This document shows, in pieces, positions 19,520-28,609 of a DNA stretch of 64,000 nt. Every line of letters begins with the position of its first letter. Within the stretch, counting starts at the first letter, position 1. The position numbers and the translations under genes are program-made. Source of the DNA: a virus (lineage: Duplodnaviria; Caudoviricetes); the IMG/VR virus record IMGVR_UViG_3300020352_000789, positions 7,929-71,928 of that record; one strand, written 5' to 3'. The notes under the pieces are model-generated. The model saw nothing but the letters and a program-made list of their open reading frames with translations, made no database searches and was not told the DNA's origin.

Positions 19520-19824
19520 TAAATAACCTTGTATTCTTTGATATCTCCATTTTCTACAATTTTTTTGTCTTCATACGGAGATGCCATGCGTCTATATAGT
19601 TCTTGCTTTATATTCTCTAATACACCAGTAGCAATAGCAATTTTAGTATAAGATACTTGACCAATAGTTTTGGCTATTATTCTACTAAAAGTATAGTTAA
19701 TTTCACCGCAAATAACAGCAAATTCCTCACTTGTTAATTCTTCATTACCGTGAGTCAAACAATCTACCATAGATTCTATACATTCGTCTAATTCTTTTCT
19801 AGCATTCTCTTTAATATAAGGCAT
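19519..19824 (-). CDS. Conserved phage protein (DUF6899-like)
   Basis: MPYIK…GEINY…GVLENIKQELYRR…PYEDKKI.ENGD. Confidence 0.7.
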   Translation of the reverse strand: MPYIKENARKELDECIESMVDCLTHGNEELTSEEFAVICGEINYTFSRIIAKTIGQVSYTKIAIATGVLENIKQELYRRMASPYEDKKIVENGDIKEYKVI

Positions 19825-20714
19825 TATAATTGCTCCTTGATCCAGTTTTCTAGTTCTATTTTAGGTTCCCATTTAAGTAGTTTTTTTGCCACTGTAATAT
19901 CGGCCAAAGTTAATTTAGGCTCTATTCTTTTTTCTGTGTATTGTTTTTGTGATTTAAACATATCTGCTATTTCATTTACAGAATAGTTTTTACCACTGCC
20001 TATATTTATAGAGTCTCCTTGTCTATTAGAGCATTCCATCGCTGCTAAATTAGCGGATACTACATCATCTACATGAATGAAATCTCTTCTTTGATTACCA
20101 TCATTTACTATATTGAAAGGTTTTTTATTAAAATAGGCTTCTAAAAATACACTTAAAACACTTCTATACGCTCCTGTGTTCGTCATTCTACAACCATATA
20201 CATTAAAATATCTTAAACATATAGTATTTATATTATAGATTTTATAATATAGCTTACAATATTCCTCTCCTTGATATTTATTTAAAGCATATGGACTTAG
20301 AGGTTTTATTGTTTCGTTTTCATTTGTCGGTATATCAACAGCGTCACCATAGCAAGAGCATGATCCGCTATAAACTAATTTTATATTATATTTTCTGGCT
20401 ACTTCTAACATTTTAACTGTAGAAATTAAATTTGAATTAATAGTAGATACAGGATTTTCTATAGAATTTTGTACATTAGGAGATGCTGCCATGTGAAAGA
20501 TGCCATCAGCACCTTCGCAAATTCTATTTAATTCTTGAGGCAGAGCCATAGTGATATCTTTATATGTAAAACACTCATGAACGTGTTCACTAATATTATC
20601 AAGATTTCCAGTAGAAAGGTTGTCAACAATAATTACTTCATGATCTTCAGATAATAGCCTATCAACTAAATTAGAACCAATAAATCCAGCACCACCCGTT
20701 ACAACATATTTCAT
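19824..20714 (-). CDS. NAD-dependent epimerase/dehydratase (UDP-glucose 4-epimerase-like)
   Basis: TGGAGFIGSNL, YALNK, RYFNVYG, RDFIHVDD. Confidence 0.92.
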   Translation of the reverse strand: MKYVVTGGAGFIGSNLVDRLLSEDHEVIIVDNLSTGNLDNISEHVHECFTYKDITMALPQELNRICEGADGIFHMAASPNVQNSIENPVSTINSNLISTVKMLEVARKYNIKLVYSGSCSCYGDAVDIPTNENETIKPLSPYALNKYQGEEYCKLYYKIYNINTICLRYFNVYGCRMTNTGAYRSVLSVFLEAYFNKKPFNIVNDGNQRRDFIHVDDVVSANLAAMECSNRQGDSINIGSGKNYSVNEIADMFKSQKQYTEKRIEPKLTLADITVAKKLLKWEPKIELENWIKEQL

Positions 20715-21280
20715 TAAATACAATCCTCATGAGTTAAAGCTACAGAACAATAACATTGATACTTGTTGCAGTATGGACATTTTGGCCCCGGTTCTTCATA
20801 ACCCCAAGCATTACAATATGGGGTAAAACTTTCTGCTCCTGTATCTATACATACCAGTAATCTTTTACTGCCTTTTTTAATATAGCCAATATTTGTCCAG
20901 TGACAATCCCAAAATTTAAAACCTGTTTTATCTTTTATCTTATTGACAAGACACTGTAGTTTATTATAAGGAGTATCGTCTACATCAACAAGCATAGCTT
21001 TCTCTGTCACATACCCCCAAGAGGTTACAGTTTCTTCTGGATTCCAATGTTTTAAAAGTTCTGGATCATATGAGTATGGAATTTTACAAAGGTCTGTGAC
21101 GACTCTTGGGGCTAAATCAAATTCAGCTAATATTAATTGATTATCTATAGATTCTATTGCTCGTTTTTTTGTCTTAAAACTTTTAAATCCTAGATTATTT
21201 TCTCCTCTGATGGGCATAAAATCGCAATACCCACCAGAGTCGCACCAACTCATATCTACCAAATAATCGTTATTTACCAT
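20714..21280 (-). CDS. Protein-kinase-like fold protein with C-terminal Cys cluster
   Basis: GFKSF, LAPRV, DCHWTNIG (catalytic-loop-like), CIDTG (DFG-like), CPYC…CYC. Confidence 0.5.
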   Translation of the reverse strand: MVNNDYLVDMSWCDSGGYCDFMPIRGENNLGFKSFKTKKRAIESIDNQLILAEFDLAPRVVTDLCKIPYSYDPELLKHWNPEETVTSWGYVTEKAMLVDVDDTPYNKLQCLVNKIKDKTGFKFWDCHWTNIGYIKKGSKRLLVCIDTGAESFTPYCNAWGYEEPGPKCPYCNKYQCYCSVALTHEDCI

Positions 21281-21488
21281 TTACATTCCTGTATTCCTCA
21301 TCAGTCCACATTTTGTAGACCAAATAAAAATCTCTAGGTTTCCATTGTTTTACTTTTTCTTCACTAGAGACTTCTCTTGGTGGAATAAAGAGAAGCATTG
21401 CTAGTGCTAAAGTAAATAAACCAACAACAATAATCCAACTTTTATCTTTAATTAGTCTCTCCACCTGCTCTTGTAAGTAAAGCAGCAA
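21270..21488 (-). CDS. Small membrane protein (start uncertain)
   Basis: One hydrophobic helix; overlaps flanking genes. Confidence 0.5.
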   Translation of the reverse strand: MLLYLQEQVERLIKDKSWIIVVGLFTLALAMLLFIPPREVSSEEKVKQWKPRDFYLVYKMWTDEEYRNVNGK

Positions 21489-22413
21489 ATACAGATAAGT
21501 CTACATTCTCATTAATGGTTCTAACAGAACCGTCAGCATAACAAGAGTTCATAATGCCGGGATGAAAACTAAATGCTTCACCATTATTAGTAACTCCAAA
21601 AGGAATATTACCAGCACAATTCTTACACTTATCTCCATTGCTATCCATACCATCTAACTTAAAAGGCCCAACACTATCTGCCCACCCAATACACTGATTA
21701 GTAGCACCAGTAGGAGTTGCTCCATTATTAGTATCAGCCTTATAAGTATCGGGTCTACTTCCACATTCTATAATTAATAAAGTATTAGAAAACCCATCTC
21801 TAATATGAGCATCTCTAGTTACTGCGTCTTTAATTAAACAACCTTCATTCCTATCTTTTGCTGCATAAATATCAGAAGCAGCAGGAAAAACTTTACTTTT
21901 AATGCCTGTAAAGGTTTCGTAGTCTGTATATCCAAGATTATTGGGATTCATGGTAGTAGCAGCACTGTCGTCATCTCTAGTAGGGCCATCTACACTAGCA
22001 TAACCACCAGCAGGAAGCATAGCAGAAGGACATTTAAATACAGATAAGTTTGCGCTTAATACTGTAGCATTTTGTTCCCACCAGTTTTTACTAAAATCAT
22101 ATTGATCTGCTATCGCTCTTTGCTCCATCTGTGATAACAATGAGGCTCTCCAACTATGTTCTGTACCTGAACGATTACCAGTGGAAGATTTACCAGCAGA
22201 ATCAACTGTCCAAGAAGCGGCAGGAAAATATCTTTGTGAATCCATACTTGTATGTGCTGCTAAACCTTGTTGTTTTAGATTATTAGCACAAGACATTCTT
22301 CGTGCTGCTTCTCTTGCCGACTGAACAGCAGGGAGTAATAATCCTACTAAAACACCAATGATTGCAATAACTACCAGTAATTCGATGAGAGTAAAACCTT
22401 TGCGATTTTTCAT
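21448..22413 (-). CDS. DUF1559 prepilin-type N-terminal cleavage/methylation protein
   Basis: G|FTLIELLVVIAIIGVLVGLLLPAVQSAREAARRMSCANNLKQ; H-X9-DG motif HPGIMNSCYADG. Confidence 0.95.
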   Translation of the reverse strand: MKNRKGFTLIELLVVIAIIGVLVGLLLPAVQSAREAARRMSCANNLKQQGLAAHTSMDSQRYFPAASWTVDSAGKSSTGNRSGTEHSWRASLLSQMEQRAIADQYDFSKNWWEQNATVLSANLSVFKCPSAMLPAGGYASVDGPTRDDDSAATTMNPNNLGYTDYETFTGIKSKVFPAASDIYAAKDRNEGCLIKDAVTRDAHIRDGFSNTLLIIECGSRPDTYKADTNNGATPTGATNQCIGWADSVGPFKLDGMDSNGDKCKNCAGNIPFGVTNNGEAFSFHPGIMNSCYADGSVRTINENVDLSVFAALLTRAGGETN

Positions 22414-22499
22414 TTTGTATTCCTTATAGAAAAAGTAAATATTATAACCCTAAAAAATTATAATACCCTCTTAAATCATTCCGGCATATTAGTATTTTG

Positions 22500-23537
22500 T
22501 TAGATTTTATTAAACAGCCATCTGTCGTTATTTATAGTCCAATTCACTACTTCTTCGAGTCTGTTTTTAACAGAAGATGGTTTCCAACCCATCTGTTCCA
22601 TTTTAGTCCCGTCTAAAGCATATCTTAAATCATGTCCCGGTCTAGCGGTATGGAAATCTACCATTTCATATTTAAGTTCTTTGTTTTGTGAATTAGCAAT
22701 AATTTGGGCCAACGCTAAGTTGTCTATTTCTTCTGAGCCTACTATATTAAATTTGTGGCATTTAGCACCACCAAAATCATCGGAGACTAATTTGCTACTG
22801 TCATAATTCATAAGGAACCAAACAGCATCAGCAACATCTTTGGCATGTATATAATGTCTTGATCCTGCTTTTGTTTTCTCTGGATTACTATGTATAGTTA
22901 CTTCTTCATTATTTTGTATTTTAGAGATACACATAGGAATAAATTTTTCTGGATGTTGTCTTTCTCCAAAAACATTCATAGTATGAGTGATATAACAAGG
23001 TAAACCATATGTATTTTCATAAGCTACCACTAATTCCTCGCCTCCCGCTTTACTAGCACTATAAGGATTAGTAGAGTTATATCTATCATTTTCTTGGTAC
23101 TTAATACCTTCTGGTGCAGGCCCAAATATCTCGTCGGTAGAAAAGTAAATAAATCTTTCTAGGTTTGTGCAGGTTCTAGCATAATCCAATATGCTAACTG
23201 TGCCTACAACATTATCCATAACAAATTCTAAAGGGTTTTCTATACTTCTATCAACATGACTTCCTGCTGCCATGTGAACAATGTAAGATATATTATCTCC
23301 TATAGACTTGGAGATTTGAGAGTTTAAAGGCGCTTTTAAATCATGGAATATTGTTTTTACTCTATGGAGTTCTGTTTTGTTAAGCTGATTAGTTACTTCA
23401 TACAGTCTATTAAGATTGCCGCTATAATCTAATCTGTCTATAGTTACAATGTCATAACTGGTATTTTTAAGGATATAATCTACGAAGTGATGCCCTATAA
23501 ATCCAGCACCTCCCGTAAGTAATATTTTTTTGTTCAT
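22500..23537 (-). CDS. dTDP-glucose 4,6-dehydratase-like
   Basis: TGGAGFIG, DRLDYSG, HMAAGSHVDRSI, STDE, PYSASK, RPGHDLRY. Confidence 0.9.
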   Translation of the reverse strand: MNKKILLTGGAGFIGHHFVDYILKNTSYDIVTIDRLDYSGNLNRLYEVTNQLNKTELHRVKTIFHDLKAPLNSQISKSIGDNISYIVHMAAGSHVDRSIENPLEFVMDNVVGTVSILDYARTCTNLERFIYFSTDEIFGPAPEGIKYQENDRYNSTNPYSASKAGGEELVVAYENTYGLPCYITHTMNVFGERQHPEKFIPMCISKIQNNEEVTIHSNPEKTKAGSRHYIHAKDVADAVWFLMNYDSSKLVSDDFGGAKCHKFNIVGSEEIDNLALAQIIANSQNKELKYEMVDFHTARPGHDLRYALDGTKMEQMGWKPSSVKNRLEEVVNWTINNDRWLFNKI

Positions 23538-23541
23538 AATA

Positions 23542-23862
23542 TTAATAAGAGTAGATATGTACGGGATTACCTGTAAGTTCTTCAATTAAAAGCATAGCAT
23601 CTTTTATATTATAGTAGTCTCCTATGGCTTTTCTATTTCTAAAATAACCATCTTTGTATACTGCGAACACTCTATAAAATGCATCGTCTATACCAAATTC
23701 ATCAGTATCTAAAAAATCTTCTGCTGTTTTTAATTCTTGTATCATAGTACCACCTCCATAGTCATTCATTTCTCTACAGGTGATAATTTCAAAACCTTTG
23801 ATAACAGATTTATTATTAGTATTCAATGTAAACGCATTACACAGTCTGTTCGACCGTTCCAT
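23542..23862 (-). CDS. Hypothetical protein
   Basis: Intact ORF in gene run. Confidence 0.6.
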   Translation of the reverse strand: MERSNRLCNAFTLNTNNKSVIKGFEIITCREMNDYGGGTMIQELKTAEDFLDTDEFGIDDAFYRVFAVYKDGYFRNRKAIGDYYNIKDAMLLIEELTGNPVHIYSY

Positions 23863-24040
23863 TTTCTTTCTCCTGTTCTCTTTGTAATTCTAGTATCTGT
23901 GCTTGGGCCTTTTTTAATTGTCTAAGTCTTTCTGTTTCTAGATATCTAAAATATCCCATAAAGACCTGAGAAGTGATTACGCCCATCCCTGCGATGAGCG
24001 TAACCACAATGCCGCACACAAAAAGTGCGAAATTATCCAT
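23837..24040 (-). CDS. Small single-pass membrane protein with coiled-coil tail
   Basis: FALFVCGIVVTLIAGMGVI helix; GGGAG RBS. Confidence 0.65.
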   Translation of the reverse strand: MDNFALFVCGIVVTLIAGMGVITSQVFMGYFRYLETERLRQLKKAQAQILELQREQEKENGTVEQTV

Positions 24041-24197
24041 TAAAATAACTCCCTAATGCAAGGATACTGGGAACCCATAGGCCAACAAAGATACCTTGTT
24101 CATGTGCAACAGCTTGATCTCCAAGAAACCAAAGCGAAACACTTAAAACAAAACTGGCAAACGCTGCTACAATAAAGTAACTCTTACTATTCATCAT
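24033..24197 (-). CDS. 54-aa two-helix membrane protein (not in ORF track)
   Basis: MMNSKSYFIVAAFASFVLSVSLWFLGDQAVAHEQGIFVGLWVPSILALGSYFNG; overlaps next start. Confidence 0.7.
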   Translation of the reverse strand: MMNSKSYFIVAAFASFVLSVSLWFLGDQAVAHEQGIFVGLWVPSILALGSYFNG

Positions 24198-24246
24198 CTA
24201 TCTTTCTAGTTAAGGTAAAACAAAAACACTTTTGTATTTATTGAAT

Positions 24247-24319
24247 AGGGCTGGTCGGACTCGAACCGACACTGTACGGATTTTAAGTCCGTTTTCTCTG
24301 CCTATTGGAATACAGCCCC
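24247..24319 (-). tRNA. trnL: tRNA-Leu(TAA), short variable loop, CCA not encoded
   Basis: Acceptor GGGGCTG/CAGCCCT, A73; anticodon arm ACGGA-CTTAAAA-TCCGT; T arm GTCGG-TTCGAGT-CCGAC. Confidence 0.9.
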
Positions 24320-24324
24320 TCATA

Positions 24325-24609
24325 TTAGTTAGTTCCGAAATGTTGGGCTTTTAATTTATTTACAATCTCCACCATATTATCGACATCGCTTAAAGTGCCG
24401 AACTTTCTTTTTCTTTCCATTCTAGGAAGTTTAATATCTTGTTTAAGTAATGCTTTCTTTGTTCTAGAATATCTTGCCATTGTGGAAGTAACTTTTTGTC
24501 CTGTTTTTCTTGCTACTTCGGCATAAGTTTTACTTGAGTAAACTGCTTCCAAAAATTTCTCATTAGAACAATGAACTCTTTGCTTCTCGTCAGTCATTGT
24601 GTTCTCCAA
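24325..24609 (-). CDS. Small basic protein, possible HTH
   Basis: YAEVARKTGQKV..TMARY; GGAG RBS; own promoter. Confidence 0.65.
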   Translation of the reverse strand: MENTMTDEKQRVHCSNEKFLEAVYSSKTYAEVARKTGQKVTSTMARYSRTKKALLKQDIKLPRMERKRKFGTLSDVDNMVEIVNKLKAQHFGTN

Positions 24610-24630
24610 ATGTTTGCTTATAACAACTTT

Positions 24631-24658
24631 ATTATATCATACTATATCGGCTTGTCAA
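24631..24658 (-). promoter_or_regulatory. Sigma70-like promoter
   Basis: TTGACA-16-TGn-extended TATAAT. Confidence 0.75.
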
Positions 24659-24677
24659 TAGGAAAAACTGAAATGAA

Positions 24678-25079
24678 TTACTTCTTTTTCCCAAAACAGA
24701 CACACCAATAAATAATATTAGAATTATTGTAATAAAATCCACACCCTATACTATCTACAGATGTGCTTAGTATATTTCTTCTATGACCGGGACTTTTTAA
24801 CCAAGTTTTCATAACCTTGTCTTCTGTCTTTTGTCCATAGGCTATATTCTCTGCCACACTTGAAAAACCTAAAGACATTATATCCTTCATATCGCTATGT
24901 ATTAATCTACTACGTTTAGCCATTTCTTCGGCCCAATCACTAGCGAAAGTCATTAAATCCATATTCATAGACAATGGATCAAGATTCCACATCCAAGAAT
25001 TATTAGTTCTAGCTTCATTATGCAAATCTATTAATTTAGAGAGATTGGGCATGTGCCATACACTATCAGAATCATTCAT
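24678..25079 (-). CDS. CAP (SCP/PR-1) domain protein
   Basis: HNEAR, HS, AENIAYG, WLKSPGHRRNIL, IGCG, YWC. Confidence 0.92.
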   Translation of the reverse strand: MNDSDSVWHMPNLSKLIDLHNEARTNNSWMWNLDPLSMNMDLMTFASDWAEEMAKRSRLIHSDMKDIMSLGFSSVAENIAYGQKTEDKVMKTWLKSPGHRRNILSTSVDSIGCGFYYNNSNIIYWCVCFGKKK

Positions 25080-25906
25080 TTGATAAATACTCCATCAAAT
25101 TCTTTGTTTAAAAAATCTCTAATAGGTTTAGCTTTAGGGTGATTTTGTAAATTATTTAGTAAATTTTCTTGTCTTTCAGAAGGGAATATAAATCTACCCT
25201 CAAAGAATACTTTTTCTGAACGTACTAAAAAGAATTTTATAGTGTTTTTAAATTTAGGATAGTTCTCCCAGTACTCTCTGTCCTTTTCTTTAATCGTTTT
25301 TGCTAATGCTGTACAATACACACTAAACTCTAAAGCACCAGACACACTATCTGATTTATTTTTATCATTCAACACATTACTAGTATAATCATCTACGGCA
25401 CATTCAGCACCACATATATAAGCGCTCCATTCATCAACCGGATACAGACCCACATCTTGCCAGTATTTTAATTGACTAACAAAATATAAAGTATAGCGAT
25501 ATTCTTTTAGTATATCTGGTATGTTAGGAATTATGTCTATCATGGATACATCAGGTTCTTTTAACCATAGACCTCTAGACATACCACAATAAAATCCTCT
25601 GTAACCTTGCTTGCTATTACTCAGAGCGTTGTTAATACCATGAACAGTTTCGTGTACATTAGTAGTTCTACCGTGTTTATTTCCGAAAGGTTTAGCAAAG
25701 CAACTCATAACTCTACTATATACAGAATTGGTATCTAATTTCTTTTTTTCTTCTAACAAGAAAATATCTATATCTATTGGCGTTGATCTTAGTTGCATTT
25801 CTGAAGCAGTTTTAATTTTATCATTCTGATTACCTAAAGCAATTTGAGATGATGAAATAAATACTACATAGCAAGATAATAGTATTAGGGTTGTGATTCT
25901 AACCAT
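25076..25906 (-). CDS. Secreted protein, putative zincin metallopeptidase
   Basis: Signal-like N-terminus; HETVH (HExxH) and downstream DEWSAY. Confidence 0.55.
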   Translation of the reverse strand: MVRITTLILLSCYVVFISSSQIALGNQNDKIKTASEMQLRSTPIDIDIFLLEEKKKLDTNSVYSRVMSCFAKPFGNKHGRTTNVHETVHGINNALSNSKQGYRGFYCGMSRGLWLKEPDVSMIDIIPNIPDILKEYRYTLYFVSQLKYWQDVGLYPVDEWSAYICGAECAVDDYTSNVLNDKNKSDSVSGALEFSVYCTALAKTIKEKDREYWENYPKFKNTIKFFLVRSEKVFFEGRFIFPSERQENLLNNLQNHPKAKPIRDFLNKEFDGVFIK

Positions 25907-26364
25907 TTAATATAATCCTTATTCCTATATCCTATCTTTCTAGATAGTTCTTTACCTGCCTTATCTACTAAAACAGATGTTGGTAAATTCCTTGGCTTGT
26001 ACCTATTTATATCTGATTGATTTGATTTTTTATTGTCTGTGTCTAAAAAACAAACAATATATTTATCTAACTGTTTTATTGATTTAGAGTCTTTTTTCAA
26101 TACTCGACAATAAGGACACCATTCAGCACCGAATACTATAACAACTTTTTTTTTGTGAAAAGACGCTAATGCTTTAGCTTTATCTAAGTCGTCATATACA
26201 AAATTAGATTCTAACTTAGGGATAACCACCGGAACATTGTCGTCTGTATCAATAACAGTAACAGGAGGATTAGGTTTCTCTGGAGTAACACAAGCCCCCT
26301 GTTGTTTAATAATTAACAATAGAAGAATAATCAATACAATATAGAGAGTGGTTTTGTTAGACAT
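25885..26364 (-). CDS. Membrane-anchored thioredoxin-family protein
   Basis: N-terminal helix; FGAEWCPYC; LPT. Confidence 0.9.
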   Translation of the reverse strand: MSNKTTLYIVLIILLLLIIKQQGACVTPEKPNPPVTVIDTDDNVPVVIPKLESNFVYDDLDKAKALASFHKKKVVIVFGAEWCPYCRVLKKDSKSIKQLDKYIVCFLDTDNKKSNQSDINRYKPRNLPTSVLVDKAGKELSRKIGYRNKDYIKWLESQP

Positions 26365-26391
26365 GATTGATCCCCTATATCGTATATTAAG

Positions 26392-26574
26392 TTAATTTTC
26401 GGTTGGTAATATAATGCCCATCAACAAATAAACCCAAAATAGTATACTTGCGCTACACAATGCTCCAACCACAAAACCAATTCTAACTATAGCAGGATCA
26501 ATACCCAAAGTTTCTGCTAAACCAGCACAAACTCCAAATATCATCTTATTTTTACTTTTGTGCAATCTACTCAT
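26392..26574 (-). CDS. pspC: PspC-domain membrane protein
   Basis: RLHKS…KMIFGVCAGLAETLGIDPAIVRI…Y…P. Confidence 0.88.
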   Translation of the reverse strand: MSRLHKSKNKMIFGVCAGLAETLGIDPAIVRIGFVVGALCSASILFWVYLLMGIILPTEN

Positions 26575-26749
26575 TTTTTTATATACCTCAATTATTTTAA
26601 AGACACAAATACTCTAAAATAATAATACACCGAATCAGCAGTTAACGAGTTGATACGGTTAAGCTGTTTATAATATCGGGATTAAGGCCATATAATATAT
26701 ATATTTCTTTTAAGGCCATAATATGAGACAGTTCTTGCATAATAATCCT

Positions 26750-26899
26750 CTAAGAAGAAATTTGTTCAGTTAATTTTAAATTATCTAACAGATATTTAAG
26801 TCTTTGGTTTTCTAATTCTAGAGTATTTGCTATGTAATTAGCTTGAGTAATTGCTTTATGAATATCTTTAATAGTTGCTGTTTGATTAGAGTCTGACAT
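26750..26899 (-). CDS. 49-aa hypothetical protein (not in track)
   Basis: GAGGAG RBS; MSDSNQTATIKDIHK…. Confidence 0.55.
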   Translation of the reverse strand: MSDSNQTATIKDIHKAITQANYIANTLELENQRLKYLLDNLKLTEQISS

Positions 26900-26945
26900 T
26901 ATATCTCCTCAATATAGTTTTATGCAATAATTATTATTACACCAA

Positions 26946-27050
26946 TTACTCTTTATCTCTAGTCAGTTTAACAAAAAAGTATACCACACTTAAATCCACT
27001 AAAACCACGATCCACCATACGCTTAATACATCCAGTAAAGTATGATTCAT
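26946..27050 (-). CDS. 34-aa membrane peptide (not in track)
   Basis: ATGA overlap with upstream ORF; one hydrophobic helix. Confidence 0.45.
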   Translation of the reverse strand: MNHTLLDVLSVWWIVVLVDLSVVYFFVKLTRDKE

Positions 27051-27154
27051 TTATTTTTTTTCCTAAAAATTTTTTCATAGTTTTTACACCACTGTTTATA
27101 AGATACACTTTTCGGCCTATTTGTGTCGCCTTTGCCATTTTTATTTTGACTCAT
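27047..27154 (-). CDS. 35-aa basic phage peptide (not in track)
   Basis: GKGDTNRP…W.KNYEKIF, a pattern recalled from small phage ORFs. Confidence 0.55.
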   Translation of the reverse strand: MSQNKNGKGDTNRPKSVSYKQWCKNYEKIFRKKNK

Positions 27155-27156
27155 AC

Positions 27157-27858
27157 TCAACCTTCTAAAACATAAGACCAGTAACGGCTATCTTCTTTCT
27201 CTTGCAGGGCATCCCAATATACACATCTAGCAATATAGGAAGGAACTTTTAGTTTGCCACAGTTAACACTCCAATGTTGCTCCATGCGCTTATATTTAGT
27301 AATACCCTGTTTACTCTTATTATAGGTTAAATGCTCCATACCGTAAAGCCTTAATTGATGAACATCTCCACATAAAACTCTAGCAAAATTGGGATGAATC
27401 ATCTCTAAGGCAAAACTAACTTTAGCCATTCCAAGTCCAACAATTTTATCAACAATAGAGTCTCTTTTTTTAACATGATACTTCTTAGTGGTAAAATAAA
27501 AGTCTTTAGGATTTTTCCAAAACTGAGTAGCAAAGTCCCAGATATACTTTGTCCTGTTATTGTATAGACCTACCCCAGAATTTTTAAGTTTGTCTAATAG
27601 TGTTTCTTTGTTATCGACCCACTCTTCGTAGTTCTTAATGGCATTGTAGCCACGACAATTCCCCTGCCAACTTGTATGAACAGAGCAATAAGCAAAGAGA
27701 TAACGCCTAAAAATATCACCATCATTCTGTGGTCGTACACTTTCCCAGTACTCCTTGTATGCTTGAATTTTTTCTGAGGGAAATGTCTTAAAGAAATCGT
27801 CTGCTTTAAAACGAGAGTATGTAGTTTGCTTTACTGGTTTAGTTTCCAAAGTTTCCAT
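27157..27858 (-). CDS. HhH-GPD/Ogg-like DNA glycosylase
   Basis: HhH IVGLGMAKVSFAL followed by GDVH; ATG 27858 with GGAG RBS. Confidence 0.65.
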   Translation of the reverse strand: METLETKPVKQTTYSRFKADDFFKTFPSEKIQAYKEYWESVRPQNDGDIFRRYLFAYCSVHTSWQGNCRGYNAIKNYEEWVDNKETLLDKLKNSGVGLYNNRTKYIWDFATQFWKNPKDFYFTTKKYHVKKRDSIVDKIVGLGMAKVSFALEMIHPNFARVLCGDVHQLRLYGMEHLTYNKSKQGITKYKRMEQHWSVNCGKLKVPSYIARCVYWDALQEKEDSRYWSYVLEG

Positions 27859-27894
27859 GATAGTCTCCAAAAGTTAAGTCCTGTGATACTAACG

Positions 27895-27923
27895 ATTGTA
27901 TACTACTATTATCGTCTTGTCAA
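27895..27923 (-). promoter_or_regulatory. Sigma70-like promoter
   Basis: TTGACA-17-TACAAT. Confidence 0.8.
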
Positions 27924-27937
27924 GTAGTATTCTTGAA

Positions 27938-28609
27938 CTAAAAACTATAATTGCCTAATTCTATTATCTTTGCATCTCTATTTCTAATATACTCAATACT
28001 TTCATCGTCATAGTAATCTCTATAAGATTTATTTTTAGTGGTTGCATTCATATGGGGCAATCTCCATTGTGTTATATGAGCATCGGGCAATATTTTTTTA
28101 ACAATCTTTTTAAAGTCTTGTTCTATATTCTCTACTTTGCCAACAAAATCAACCATTAGTTTTCCATCTTTATCAAATATATAATTATGTGGAGACCACC
28201 GGTTACTTCTCATAATAAAATTTTTAGGCGGTTGATTTAGTGCCATTTCTATGTTCTTGATATTAAAATCTTTTGGGTATTTATTTTTGCTCATAACCTG
28301 TCGATGATATTCATACGCAGAAACTTCCCTTTCCCAAGGATTTCTGATAAAAACAAATTTAAAATAATCATCCCACCTATACCCTCTTTCATCTAAATAC
28401 TTTTTAATATCACTTGCAGAAGAGTGCGTCCACAAATTAGTATCTACTTTTGGATATTCTTCTTTCCAGTTTATATCTTTTTTTGTGTGCCACATCGGGT
28501 GAATATCCGTTTGGAAAATAGGATTGGTTTGCAGCAATTTTCTTATTGAAGTACCTGCACACTTTGGTAAATGAATCCATATAAATTTTTTTCTATGAGA
28601 TATTATCAT
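27938..28609 (-). CDS. Sulfotransferase family 2
   Basis: IHLPKCAGTSI (5'-PSB), FIRNPWEREVSAY (3'-PB), FVGKVEN. Confidence 0.9.
   Translation of the reverse strand: MIISHRKKFIWIHLPKCAGTSIRKLLQTNPIFQTDIHPMWHTKKDINWKEEYPKVDTNLWTHSSASDIKKYLDERGYRWDDYFKFVFIRNPWEREVSAYEYHRQVMSKNKYPKDFNIKNIEMALNQPPKNFIMRSNRWSPHNYIFDKDGKLMVDFVGKVENIEQDFKKIVKKILPDAHITQWRLPHMNATTKNKSYRDYYDDESIEYIRNRDAKIIELGNYSF

Noticed and set aside
27085-27090. GGTGTA promoter-like hit
   Set aside because: Lies inside the 27047-27154 ORF (TGG TGT AAA) and is explained by coding.
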